45,789 nucleotides of DNA, from the NCBI GenBank assembly GCA_016199485.1, contig JACQGO010000112.1:1-45789 (forward strand), given 5' to 3'. Source of the stretch: Betaproteobacteria bacterium (GTDB lineage: Bacteria; Pseudomonadota; Gammaproteobacteria; Burkholderiales; SG8-41). The notes under the pieces are model-generated. The model was given only the letters and a program-made list of their open reading frames with translations, was not told the origin of the DNA and searched no databases. The position numbers and the translations under genes were made by a program. Each line of letters begins with the position of its first letter. Position 1 is the first letter of the stretch. Below, piece after piece: positions 1 through 7,139 of this stretch.

Positions 1-141
1 GAGTAGACGGGGATGCCGGCGGCGCGGCAGGCGCGCGCCATCGCGTTCCCGACCGCCGATTGCGAGGCGCCGGGAAAGACAAGCCGGTTGGGCAGCCGGT
101 CCTCCGGCGGGCAGGTGTCCTCCAGCAAGCGCATCAGCCAC
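1..141. repeat. Terminal overlap, identical to 45649..45789
   Basis: Base-by-base comparison of the two ends shows 141/141 identity. Confidence 0.97.
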
Positions 142-890
142 TCGGGTAGCTGCACCCACCGCGCCCGCCCCGTTTTCGTCTCTCGCGCCCGCAGCCGGAA
201 GCGGCAGCCGGCCACGTCCACGTCGCCCCAGGCGAGCCCGGCGACCTCGCCGATGCGCATCGCGGTTTGCTCCATCACCACCACCGGCAGCCGCCAGCGG
301 GCGGGTGTCAGTCGTTCCAGCAGCGCCAGCACATGCTCCGCCGGCGGCGGGGATGCTTCCGTCCGTTCGACCTTCGGCAGCCGCACCCTGGGGTCGCGGG
401 CCGGGTTTGGCTCCACCCCGGCGAAGTCGAACAGGACGCGTAGCGTCTCCACGTACTTGGCGACGGAGGCGGGCGCGAGCGGGCGCGGCGGAGCCGTCAA
501 CGCCGCCACCCACTGCTGCACGTCCGTCCACGTGACTGTGGCCGGGTCGCGCGCGCCGCCGAAGAACCCGCACAAACGCTGCAGGTGCATCCGCTGCTTG
601 CGCACGCTCTCCGCCGCCAGGTCCACCCGAGACGCCAGATAGCGCTCCGACCACCCTTGGAGAGACAGCGGCGAAGTGTCAGCAACCTGGAGGGCCAGCT
701 CCGTCCGGGGGTTTCTGCCCTGGGCGAGCCAGCCGGCGATCAGGTTGCGCCGCTCCACCGCCTCTCGTCGGGTGGCGAACATGCCGCCGTGCTCGAGCGG
801 GAAGCCGCGCCCGCCGCGACGGAAACGCACTTGGAAGCGTCGGCTTCCCTTCGCGGTGATCCGAGTACGGATGTGGACGGAGCCGCTCAC
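1..890 (-). CDS. int: Tyrosine integrase, 5' portion (continues at 45648..45474; whole gene 1065 nt, 354 aa)
   Basis: Manual translation from GTG 888-890, which is preceded by GGGGGGATT. N-terminus VSGSVHIRTRITAKGSRRFQVRFRRGG... looks like an arm-binding domain. The SAM-like middle region and the box I Arg in TAMRIGEVAGL are present. The frame is open to position 1 and in phase with the ORF at 45474..45782. Confidence 0.88.
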   Translation of the reverse strand, partial: MSGSVHIRTRITAKGSRRFQVRFRRGGRGFPLEHGGMFATRREAVERRNLIAGWLAQGRNPRTELALQVADTSPLSLQGWSERYLASRVDLAAESVRKQRMHLQRLCGFFGGARDPATVTWTDVQQWVAALTAPPRPLAPASVAKYVETLRVLFDFAGVEPNPARDPRVRLPKVERTEASPPPAEHVLALLERLTPARWRLPVVVMEQTAMRIGEVAGLAWGDVDVAGCRFRLRARETKTGRARWVQLPEWLMRLLEDTCPPEDRLPNRLVFPGASQSAVGNAMARACRAAGIPVY

Positions 891-915
891 AATCCCCCCA
901 GCCGTGACTGCCCAG

Positions 916-1245
916 TCATACCTTTGCAAGCTCCCGTAGCTGCATGAGTCGCCAAGAGAGGGCGAGCCGCATGTCGCCGTGCGCCTCGTTGAACGATCCC
1001 GCCAGATATGCCGCGTTCCCGTGCGGATGTGCAAACTCATCGGCAGCCGCGCGAGACACTTCATGGGTAAGCCAGTCGCTCGCGGCGCTGATCCAGCCTG
1101 CGTAATCTTGCTCGAACGCCGCCAGTTCCGCATCTGAGGAGACGAGACACCTATAGAGCCCCTGTCCCTCCAAAAGAAACCGATCGATCCCACGCTGGAA
1201 GTGCTCAGCGTGGCGTTCTGACGGAAGCAGCTTTAGAAGCCTCAC
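916..1245 (-). CDS. Hypothetical protein immediately upstream of int
   Basis: 109-aa ORF. GAGGG lies 4 nt before the GTG start. G+C is visibly lower than in the flanks. No recognisable motif. Confidence 0.5.
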   Translation of the reverse strand: MRLLKLLPSERHAEHFQRGIDRFLLEGQGLYRCLVSSDAELAAFEQDYAGWISAASDWLTHEVSRAAADEFAHPHGNAAYLAGSFNEAHGDMRLALSWRLMQLRELAKV

Positions 1246-1390
1246 ATCGCCCTCGTCGCCTTCTTACGCCAATACGACCAGGCTAGCCTGAGTGCCCGTC
1301 TGCGTGAGTACGGTGAACCAAGAGTAGGGTCTCGGAAGGGATCATGCCGAAAGTAGGAGTAAAGAAACCAAAGACTCACTCGCTCTCTAC

Positions 1391-1573
1391 TCACGGTGCC
1401 CTCGTCACGTCGTCCAACAGCTGGCGCACGTCCGATCGTCTCACGTACACCTTCCGCAAACCGGGTGGCGTCACCTTCGGCACCTGCCGCATGATCTTCT
1501 CCGCCGCAGCACGGCTGACGCCGAGCTCCCGCATCAGCTTCGCGCAGTCTACAAGCTCGGGCAGCTCAGCCAT
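1391..1573 (-). CDS. xis: Excisionase-type HTH DNA-binding protein
   Basis: 60 aa from ATG 1571-1573, with GAGGAG upstream. MAELPELVDCAKLMRELGVSRAAAEKIMRQ...VYVRRSDV matches the excisionase/MerR-like HTH pattern. The gene lies near int. Confidence 0.7.
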   Translation of the reverse strand: MAELPELVDCAKLMRELGVSRAAAEKIMRQVPKVTPPGLRKVYVRRSDVRQLLDDVTRAP

Positions 1574-1838
1574 CTCCCGACTCCTCGTCAGCGGAGAGAG
1601 CGGCGCGGGCGATCGCCTGAAGATGCGCGGCAGGAGCGTGAGCCTTGGTGATCCGGTCAAGTGCTTCCCGCAACGCCTCCTGTCGCTTGCGGGACTCGGC
1701 GAGGGCAGCCTCGGCGTTCTCAAGGTTCCGCTCTAAGTAGCTCTCACGGTCGCTCATGAACTGCCGGGCCTCATCTCGTTCCCGCCGGGCCTCATCTCGT
1801 TCCCGCTCCACCTGCTCGGCACTCACTGGCACACCCAT
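1566..1838 (-). CDS. Small coiled-coil protein
   Basis: 90-aa charged heptad-like ORF that overlaps the xis start by 8 nt. It contains a 21-bp tandem duplication encoding ERDEARR/ERDEARQ. Confidence 0.45.
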   Translation of the reverse strand: MGVPVSAEQVERERDEARRERDEARQFMSDRESYLERNLENAEAALAESRKRQEALREALDRITKAHAPAAHLQAIARAALSADEESGDG

Positions 1839-1866
1839 TCCCCACGGCGGCTGCCATGCTGGCTGG

Positions 1867-2487
1867 TTAGGGGCGGCGAAGCGAGAGTGGCCCGAGACGC
1901 AGACCGACCAGCCGACCCTCTTGGAACTCGTCCCGCATGTGCTGAGCCTGAGAGCTGTACAGCAGCAGGTTCTCGATCCGATCGTCGGTCGAGTCGCCGT
2001 TCACATGATGGACAACCTCGCCGAACTCGAGTGGCCGATGCAAGTGCGCCTCCATTACAGCGCGGGCATACAACACCTTGCGACCGTTCACGTCCTCGAA
2101 GTACCAGCGCGGCTTTGGGCTGGAATTGAGCTTCAGCAGCTTGCGGCGATGGGCCTGCGGATTGTGCCCTTGTCGCCATCGGGAATGCGGCTTGCTCACG
2201 AGCCTTCCGCATCCGCAGGCGCACTCTGGTCGTTCGAGTCGCATAGCAGCCCATTGACAGATCCGAGAGCAGTACCGGGCTCGCGCCCATTGATTCTTCG
2301 TGTAGCGCGGGTTCTTCTCGAACGAACCGCCGCAGTGTGAGCAGAGCTTCGTCGGCCTCGCGCGAGACCGGTGCTGGACGATGGCTGAGCATCGGCGCGA
2401 GCAAGTTCGTTGGGCTTCCCATTGCCCGTCTGTGCGCCGAAGAGGGCGCTTGAAGAGACGCCCGCAGCCCTCGCACACCTTGCTCAT
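1867..2487 (-). CDS. HNH endonuclease with N-terminal Cys-pair repeats
   Basis: EVVHHVNGDSTDDRIENL is an HNH core. Several CxxC pairs occur in the N-terminal half. Confidence 0.85.
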   Translation of the reverse strand: MSKVCEGCGRLFKRPLRRTDGQWEAQRTCSRRCSAIVQHRSRARPTKLCSHCGGSFEKNPRYTKNQWARARYCSRICQWAAMRLERPECACGCGRLVSKPHSRWRQGHNPQAHRRKLLKLNSSPKPRWYFEDVNGRKVLYARAVMEAHLHRPLEFGEVVHHVNGDSTDDRIENLLLYSSQAQHMRDEFQEGRLVGLRLGPLSLRRP

Positions 2488-2509
2488 GACGTGATACTAG
2501 CACGCCCAC

Positions 2510-3031
2510 TTACGCGCACGACCAGTCGTTTTTCCTGCCCCTTTGCCACATCCAGCCGGTAGCCAGACTCGACGCGACCGGGTCGAAGGGGCTGAAGCGG
2601 GCGAACGGCGTCCCCGCCCACGTCGCTGGGGCGAACTGGAACGGCCCCACATTTCCCCCGGGGGAGCGCGCCCACAAGTAGAAGCGGGACTCGCACCAGG
2701 CGACGCGGCGGAGCGCGGCAGCCGACTGCCGGTACACCACCGAGGCGAGCAGGATCCCGTAGCGCAGGCTGGGATCGACGCGGTGGTGAAGATCGCGCCG
2801 CTGCTTGCGGACCTGGAGCTGCAGCCGCCGCACTCGCCGCCGTTCGAGCCTGAGCGCGGCGCGGGCTCGCTCGAGCTCGGCGCCGCGCCGGTCGGCCTCG
2901 CCCGCCCAGTCGTAGATGTCGCGGTTGAGGAATGTGGCGGGCGGGTCGGCGCCGAGGCTGGGGCGGGCGAGCACGAGCAGGGTGAGCGCACACAGGCCAG
3001 CGGCGAGGTAGCGAGGCAGCCGCTCGCTCAC
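2510..3031 (-). CDS. Secreted transglycosylase-like (Rpf/SLT-like) protein
   Basis: N-terminal signal-like segment LAAGLCALTLLVLARPSLGA. AWCESRF...GGNVGPFQFAPATW resembles the CES...G(L/P)xQF...tW transglycosylase-like motif. Confidence 0.6.
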   Translation of the reverse strand: MSERLPRYLAAGLCALTLLVLARPSLGADPPATFLNRDIYDWAGEADRRGAELERARAALRLERRRVRRLQLQVRKQRRDLHHRVDPSLRYGILLASVVYRQSAAALRRVAWCESRFYLWARSPGGNVGPFQFAPATWAGTPFARFSPFDPVASSLATGWMWQRGRKNDWSCA

Positions 3032-3747
3032 GCCGCCTCCAGCTCTACTAGTAGGTAGCGCATGAGCATCTCCGTCTGCCAGGCGCGCTCGACGTCCCAG
3101 GCGGCGGCCGAGGCGGCGTCCCTGGCGTCGTCCCAGGCGGCGGCCCTGGCGGCGGCCCAGGCGGCGTCCCCGGCGGCGGCCCAGGCGGCGTCCCAGGCGG
3201 CGGCCCTGGCGGCGGCCCTGGCGGCGGCCCAGGCGGCGTCCCAGGCGGCGTCCCTGGCGTCGTCCCAGGCGGCGGCCCTGGCGGCGGCCCTGGCGGCGGC
3301 CCTGGCGGCGACAAGCTCCTCGCCGCCAGCTTTCCCGTTAGCGTAGGCGCGAGCGACCTCGACCGCCCGCCACGAACGCCCGTCCGGTTCCCGTCCCGCC
3401 TTGCGCTCCCGCCGCAACGCCCGCTCCGCACAGTCGCAGGCGAACAGCCGTGCCGTCCGCTCGTCCCACGCCTCCACGCGGGAGAGCAGTCGCGCCCTGC
3501 GCACCACCAGCTTGTCGCCGTCGCCGAGCCGCTCCTTGCCTGCCTGAGCCAGCCAGATCGTCGGCCCCAGCCAGTAAACGAGCTGGTCGGGGCGGCACAC
3601 GTGCAGACCATTCGCGCATGGCTCCAGCCGCCCCTCGACCTTCACCCACTTGCCCGGCTTGCCGTTTTGGGGTAGCGGCCACACTCCTGTGCCGCCGTGG
3701 TAGGGGCGGCCGTCAGCATCGAGCACCTTGAACAGAAGCTCGCTCAC
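3028..3747 (-). CDS. Two-part protein: conserved-looking globular N-domain plus C-terminal AAxx (A/W/D/R) 4-residue repeat region
   Basis: GTG 3745-3747 overlaps the upstream TGA (GTGA), with AAGGAAG upstream. The C-terminal about 70 residues read AARAAARAAAWDDARDAAWDAAWAAARAAARAAAWDAAW... Confidence 0.7.
   Translation of the reverse strand: MSELLFKVLDADGRPYHGGTGVWPLPQNGKPGKWVKVEGRLEPCANGLHVCRPDQLVYWLGPTIWLAQAGKERLGDGDKLVVRRARLLSRVEAWDERTARLFACDCAERALRRERKAGREPDGRSWRAVEVARAYANGKAGGEELVAARAAARAAARAAAWDDARDAAWDAAWAAARAAARAAAWDAAWAAAGDAAWAAARAAAWDDARDAASAAAWDVERAWQTEMLMRYLLVELEAA
3094..3310. repeat. About 12-nt-period tandem repeat (GGCGGCGGCCCNGG-like) encoding the AAxx repeats
   Basis: Direct reading shows about 18 imperfect 12-nt units. 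Confidence 0.85.
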
Positions 3748-4890
3748 GCCGCTTCCTTGAGCCTGCGCCCGATCCACTCGGCCACATTCACTGTCACCGC
3801 ATCGCCGAGCGCAGCGTAGCGACGCGAGTCGGGCGTCTTCGCGTCTAGCTTCGTCCAATCGTCCGGAAGGCCCTGGAGGCGCTCACATTCGCGCGGAGTC
3901 AGGCGACGAACGGTGAGAATCCCACTAACGAGGTTCGGGTCGTACTCGCTACGCCGACCAGCGCCATAATCCCCCCCTCCGAACGGGCCGGTGACAAAAT
4001 TCTCGTCATCCTCCCGTCGCCTGCCCGCCATGTTCAAGCTCGGATTGGACCCGTGGGATAGGGGAGTGGCGATGATGGGGACGCCTCGCCCCGAGCCGTC
4101 CTCGCTCGCATCGTGGCCTTCGCTCGTCAAAGTATGGGAGACGACTGGGGGATCGCTCGCGTCCGAGTCCGTGCCCTTGCTATAGCGCGCCGTGATGCTC
4201 GGCACGGTCACGAGCCTGCCTTTGCCCGTCGTTGTCGTCCGGGCCACCGCTTCCAAGGCTGCTGAGAGATGTGACGGCAGCGTCCTGCCGCATCTCTCTG
4301 CACGTCGCAGGATGCCTCTCGCAGCCCTGGCCGACAGCGAGTATTTCCCTGGCACGTTCTGCGGCGGCTCGAGGATCTCGCTCAGCGAGGGCTCCGAGGA
4401 CGAACACCTGCCGTCAGCGCTGCGGCACTCCGAAGTAGCGGCTATCGAGAACCCGCCAGGCCAAGCCGTACCCGAGCTCGGCCAGCGTTCCAAGCACGAC
4501 TCCGAAGTCCCGACCGCCGTTCGAGGAGAGCAGCCCGGGTACGTTCTCGATGAGAAGCCAGCGGGGTCGAACAGCCTCGGCGACCCGGGCGAACTCGAAG
4601 AAGAGGCTGGATCGCTCTCCGGCGAGTCCCCGCCGTCGTCCGGCGACGGAGACGTCCTGGCAGGGTCACGGGAAGCCTCCGCAGAGCAAGTCGGTCTGTC
4701 TCGCGGGGCTTCCGGTGGCATCACCCCCAACTTCGCAAACGTCCTCGTAGATGGGGATTCCGGGGAAGCGGGCGGCGAGGATGGACCGCCGCCAGGCATC
4801 GGACTCGCAGAAGAAGGCGTGCTCAAAGCCTGCTCGCCGGAGTCCTTCGTCGAGTCCGCCGATCCCGGAGAAGAGCGAGCCGACATTCAC
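3744..4890 (-). pseudogene. dcm: C5-cytosine DNA methyltransferase, disrupted (two in-frame TGA codons plus one frameshift)
   Basis: Motifs appear in canonical order but are interrupted. Motif I is LFSGIGG. Motif IV is GGFP-TGA-PCQDVS (TGA at 4666-4668). ENVPGL follows. Motif VIII is GVPQR-TGA-RQVFVLG (TGA at 4414-4416). The frame changes near 4215-4235. RRLTPRECERLQGLPDDWT and GDAVTVNV then appear in the other frame. Confidence 0.85.
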
Positions 4891-5681
4891 GCCGCCTCCC
4901 CATGAACGCCGTGCACGTTCTCCCGGTGCCGGTTCAGGTCCCACTTCCGCTCCTGCCGCTCACCGCACTCCGGGCAAACCAGGGCGGACTGCTTGTCAGC
5001 GAGGGCAAGGAACTTCTCCACCTGCTCGTCGCTGCGGAAGATGATCGTCAGGTCGTCGTAGCGTGGGCGCTCATCCCAAGGGTCGAGCGCAACGGCCTCG
5101 ATGGCACGTATGAGCTCTGACGCTGGGAAGGTGCGCAGCCTGGCCTTGATCTTGTCGCGGCGGCCCTCGGTGAGCTTGGTGCGGACGGGCTTGGCCCGTG
5201 CGAGCAGCCACCGAGCGAAGACCTCTTGAACGGCGGCGAGTTCCGCCTTTCTTTCTTGGTCTCTTTGTAAAAGAGACTTCTTTCTTTCTCTTCTCTCCTC
5301 TGGCGTTGAATCTTTCGTGAACGATTCATGACTCTTTCGTGAAGCTTTCGTGAAAGGCTGCAAAAAGCCTGCAAACAGGAGGGTCGTGAGTGACGCTTGA
5401 ACGCTGGTCGTCTTCTCGAGCTGGATCGCACGGCCGATCCACTTCGCGTCGTTGGGGATCTCGTTGTTCATGCGGGCGGCGAGTTTCCACATCTCCATCA
5501 ACAGCCCGCGCTCGGCCAGCGACAGCTGCGTGTAGGCGTAGTCGTCGGAGGACGCTGTGTGCAGCTTGATCCACGGCGGCCGCCAAAACCCGCCCGATGT
5601 GCGCTTCCGGCCTGCTCCCTGATACCGGTCCCACTTGTCGGGAGGGACGCGGAGAAGCTCAACAGTCTCATCCAAGCTCAT
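4887..5681 (-). CDS. Replication-organizer-like protein with C-terminal C2H2-type zinc finger
   Basis: VFARWLL...KLTEGRRDKIKARL...ELIRAIEAVALDPWD...DDLTIIFRSDEQVEKF resembles the conserved C-terminal region of phage DnaD-like replication proteins. The end reads CPECGERQERKWDLNRHRENVH. Confidence 0.5.
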   Translation of the reverse strand: MSLDETVELLRVPPDKWDRYQGAGRKRTSGGFWRPPWIKLHTASSDDYAYTQLSLAERGLLMEMWKLAARMNNEIPNDAKWIGRAIQLEKTTSVQASLTTLLFAGFLQPFTKASRKSHESFTKDSTPEERRERKKSLLQRDQERKAELAAVQEVFARWLLARAKPVRTKLTEGRRDKIKARLRTFPASELIRAIEAVALDPWDERPRYDDLTIIFRSDEQVEKFLALADKQSALVCPECGERQERKWDLNRHRENVHGVHGEAA

Positions 5682-5916
5682 CCTCGGCGGCTAGCAGGCT
5701 TCGGTGGGCTCGGCAGGTGTACCCTCGTGAGCGTTGGCCGCAGAACGCGCACCAGCCCGTGCTCGGCGGCTCACGGCGTTTCTGCTTGCGGCTGACAAGG
5801 CGGAGCTCGCGGCCCAGCTCGTCGGCGCGCTTCTGGTGTGCGTCGCGCTCAGCCAGCGCCTTTGCGAGTTGCCGGCGGAGGTTCGTCGCGATGATGGAGC
5901 TGGTAGGTGAAGTCAT
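5668..5916 (-). CDS. Small hypothetical protein
   Basis: ATG 5914-5916 overlaps the upstream TGA (ATGA). 82 aa, coiled-coil plus a Cys pair. Confidence 0.45.
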   Translation of the reverse strand: MTSPTSSIIATNLRRQLAKALAERDAHQKRADELGRELRLVSRKQKRREPPSTGWCAFCGQRSRGYTCRAHRSLLAAEDELG

Positions 5917-6140
5917 AGCCGTGGCGGATACCATTGCCAATTCTTCTCTCGATGAAGCCGCTTGTAGCCTCGTCGAGCCGCACGAGCAGCAAGGATGGTG
6001 GTGTTGAGCATGAGCCCGATTCTTGCGCGGTCATCCCCGTCTGCTGAGTTGCGTTCGTAGGCTTCGCATTGGCGGATGAGATACTCGGCTTTACGACGGA
6101 TCTCGCGCACGTCGGCGGTGTAGAGATGCTCACTACTCAT
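5913..6140 (-). CDS. Small hypothetical protein
   Basis: ATG 6138-6140 overlaps the upstream TGA (ATGA). 75 aa. Confidence 0.45.
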   Translation of the reverse strand: MSSEHLYTADVREIRRKAEYLIRQCEAYERNSADGDDRARIGLMLNTTILAARAARRGYKRLHREKNWQWYPPRL

Positions 6141-6334
6141 TGGCGGGTGATGCGAGCGATGTTGAGGCGGGGATTGGGAAGCCTGAAAAGGCATGCGGTG
6201 TGGAAGGAGCGGGCGGGCGGACCGTGAGCATGGAAAGATGCCGACTCTGCGAGCGTGATCCGCTCGCCGCAGACGTGGCACACCCGCGGCTCCCAGCCAT
6301 CTTCTGACCAGGTGACGTGGGAGCCTTTAGCCAT
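6137..6334 (-). CDS. Small hypothetical protein (CxxC...H)
   Basis: 65-aa ORF starting with ATG. It sits in the chain of overlapping early genes. Confidence 0.45.
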   Translation of the reverse strand: MAKGSHVTWSEDGWEPRVCHVCGERITLAESASFHAHGPPARSFHTACLFRLPNPRLNIARITRQ

Positions 6335-6473
6335 GCTGGGGGGGGCCGCCGGGGCGCTGGGCGTGCGGGGCCCTTCGGGATGCGCCCCGGCGGTTTGGGG
6401 AGAGAAGGCGGAGAAGAATCGCGAGGGTGGGCAGGGTGACGGCGATCCCGGCTGCGGCGATGAGTACGCTCAC
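6327..6473 (-). CDS. Small single-pass membrane protein
   Basis: GTG 6471-6473 overlaps the upstream TGA (GTGA). VSVLIAAAGIAVTLPTLAILLRLL is a transmembrane-like segment. Confidence 0.4.
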   Translation of the reverse strand: MSVLIAAAGIAVTLPTLAILLRLLSPNRRGASRRAPHAQRPGGPPQHG

Positions 6474-6835
6474 ACCGCCGCCTTCTGTTTCGTCCCCCAG
6501 CGGCGTGCTGCTGTCAGGCGGTTGGAGCGGCACGGGCGGCATAACATCAGTCCGTCAGCGGCCAGGTAGCCTCTTCGCTGGGAGCGAGGTCGGCCGCACT
6601 CATCGCACCGCTCGCATGTCGAGTGCCGGTAGGAGGCTTGCAACCTGTAGCGCTCTCGGGCCTCATCGTTGGTTGCGCAGTAGACAGCCCCGTGTGACAC
6701 GCCGAAGTGGTCGGCCAGCCTCCTGTACGTCCAAGCTTGCGGGTCTTGCGCGCGCAGTCGCCGCGCCTCGTCCCAGTCGAACTTGCGCTGGTACACACGC
6801 TTCCGCTTCGTCGACACGGTGACGAGTCCGCTCAT
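6470..6835 (-). CDS. HTH DNA-binding protein with C-terminal Cys4 ribbon
   Basis: WTYRRLADHFGVSHGAVY is HTH-like. CERCDECG...CRPC follows. ATG is at 6833-6835. Confidence 0.55.
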   Translation of the reverse strand: MSGLVTVSTKRKRVYQRKFDWDEARRLRAQDPQAWTYRRLADHFGVSHGAVYCATNDEARERYRLQASYRHSTCERCDECGRPRSQRRGYLAADGLMLCRPCRSNRLTAARRWGTKQKAAV

Positions 6836-6912
6836 CCGAGCAGCCCTTCCCGCCAGGCGTTGGAGAGCGCCCAGGCGAGCAAGCCCAGGCCGAGCACGAG
6901 AACGGCGAGCAT
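6832..6912 (-). CDS. 26-aa hydrophobic mini-ORF
   Basis: GGGAGGAG precedes the ATG. MLAVLVLGLGLLAWALSNAWREGLLG. ATGA overlap with the next gene. Confidence 0.3.
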   Translation of the reverse strand: MLAVLVLGLGLLAWALSNAWREGLLG

Positions 6913-6929
6913 GGCGCGCTCCTCCCGGC

Positions 6930-7139
6930 TCACCGCGGCTGCTCCCAACAGTCGAAACACTCGAAGCGGCGCCTGTGCTCTTGGCGGGCGACAAGCAGCG
7001 GCTTGTCGTAGCCCGCAAACGGCTCATGCGTGCGGCTGCAGATATCGCAGAGGCCGAAATGGACGTGGCTGGCACCCGCGAGCCAGTGCCAGTGCGCCTC
7101 CCGCTCAAGCGGACTGAGCGTGTCCAGCTTCGAGGTCAC
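6930..7139 (-). CDS. Small Cys/His-rich protein
   Basis: GTG 7137-7139 overlaps the upstream TGA (GTGA). 69 aa containing CDIC...CFDC. Confidence 0.45.
   Translation of the reverse strand: MTSKLDTLSPLEREAHWHWLAGASHVHFGLCDICSRTHEPFAGYDKPLLVARQEHRRRFECFDCWEQPR

Noticed and set aside
4414-4668. TGA recoding (Trp, Gly or Sec) to rescue the methyltransferase
   Set aside because: TGA terminates most well-supported genes here and forms the GTGA/ATGA coupling junctions. The first TGA sits in a 6-nt insertion relative to the GGFPCQ consensus. A separate frameshift would remain in any case.
3744-4886. The 380-aa uninterrupted ORF as a single real protein
   Set aside because: Its N-terminal two-thirds is Ser/Pro/Gly-rich with no motifs. 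The methyltransferase motifs I-VIII lie in a different frame over the same DNA. Only the last ~160 aa of this frame are genuine methyltransferase sequence.
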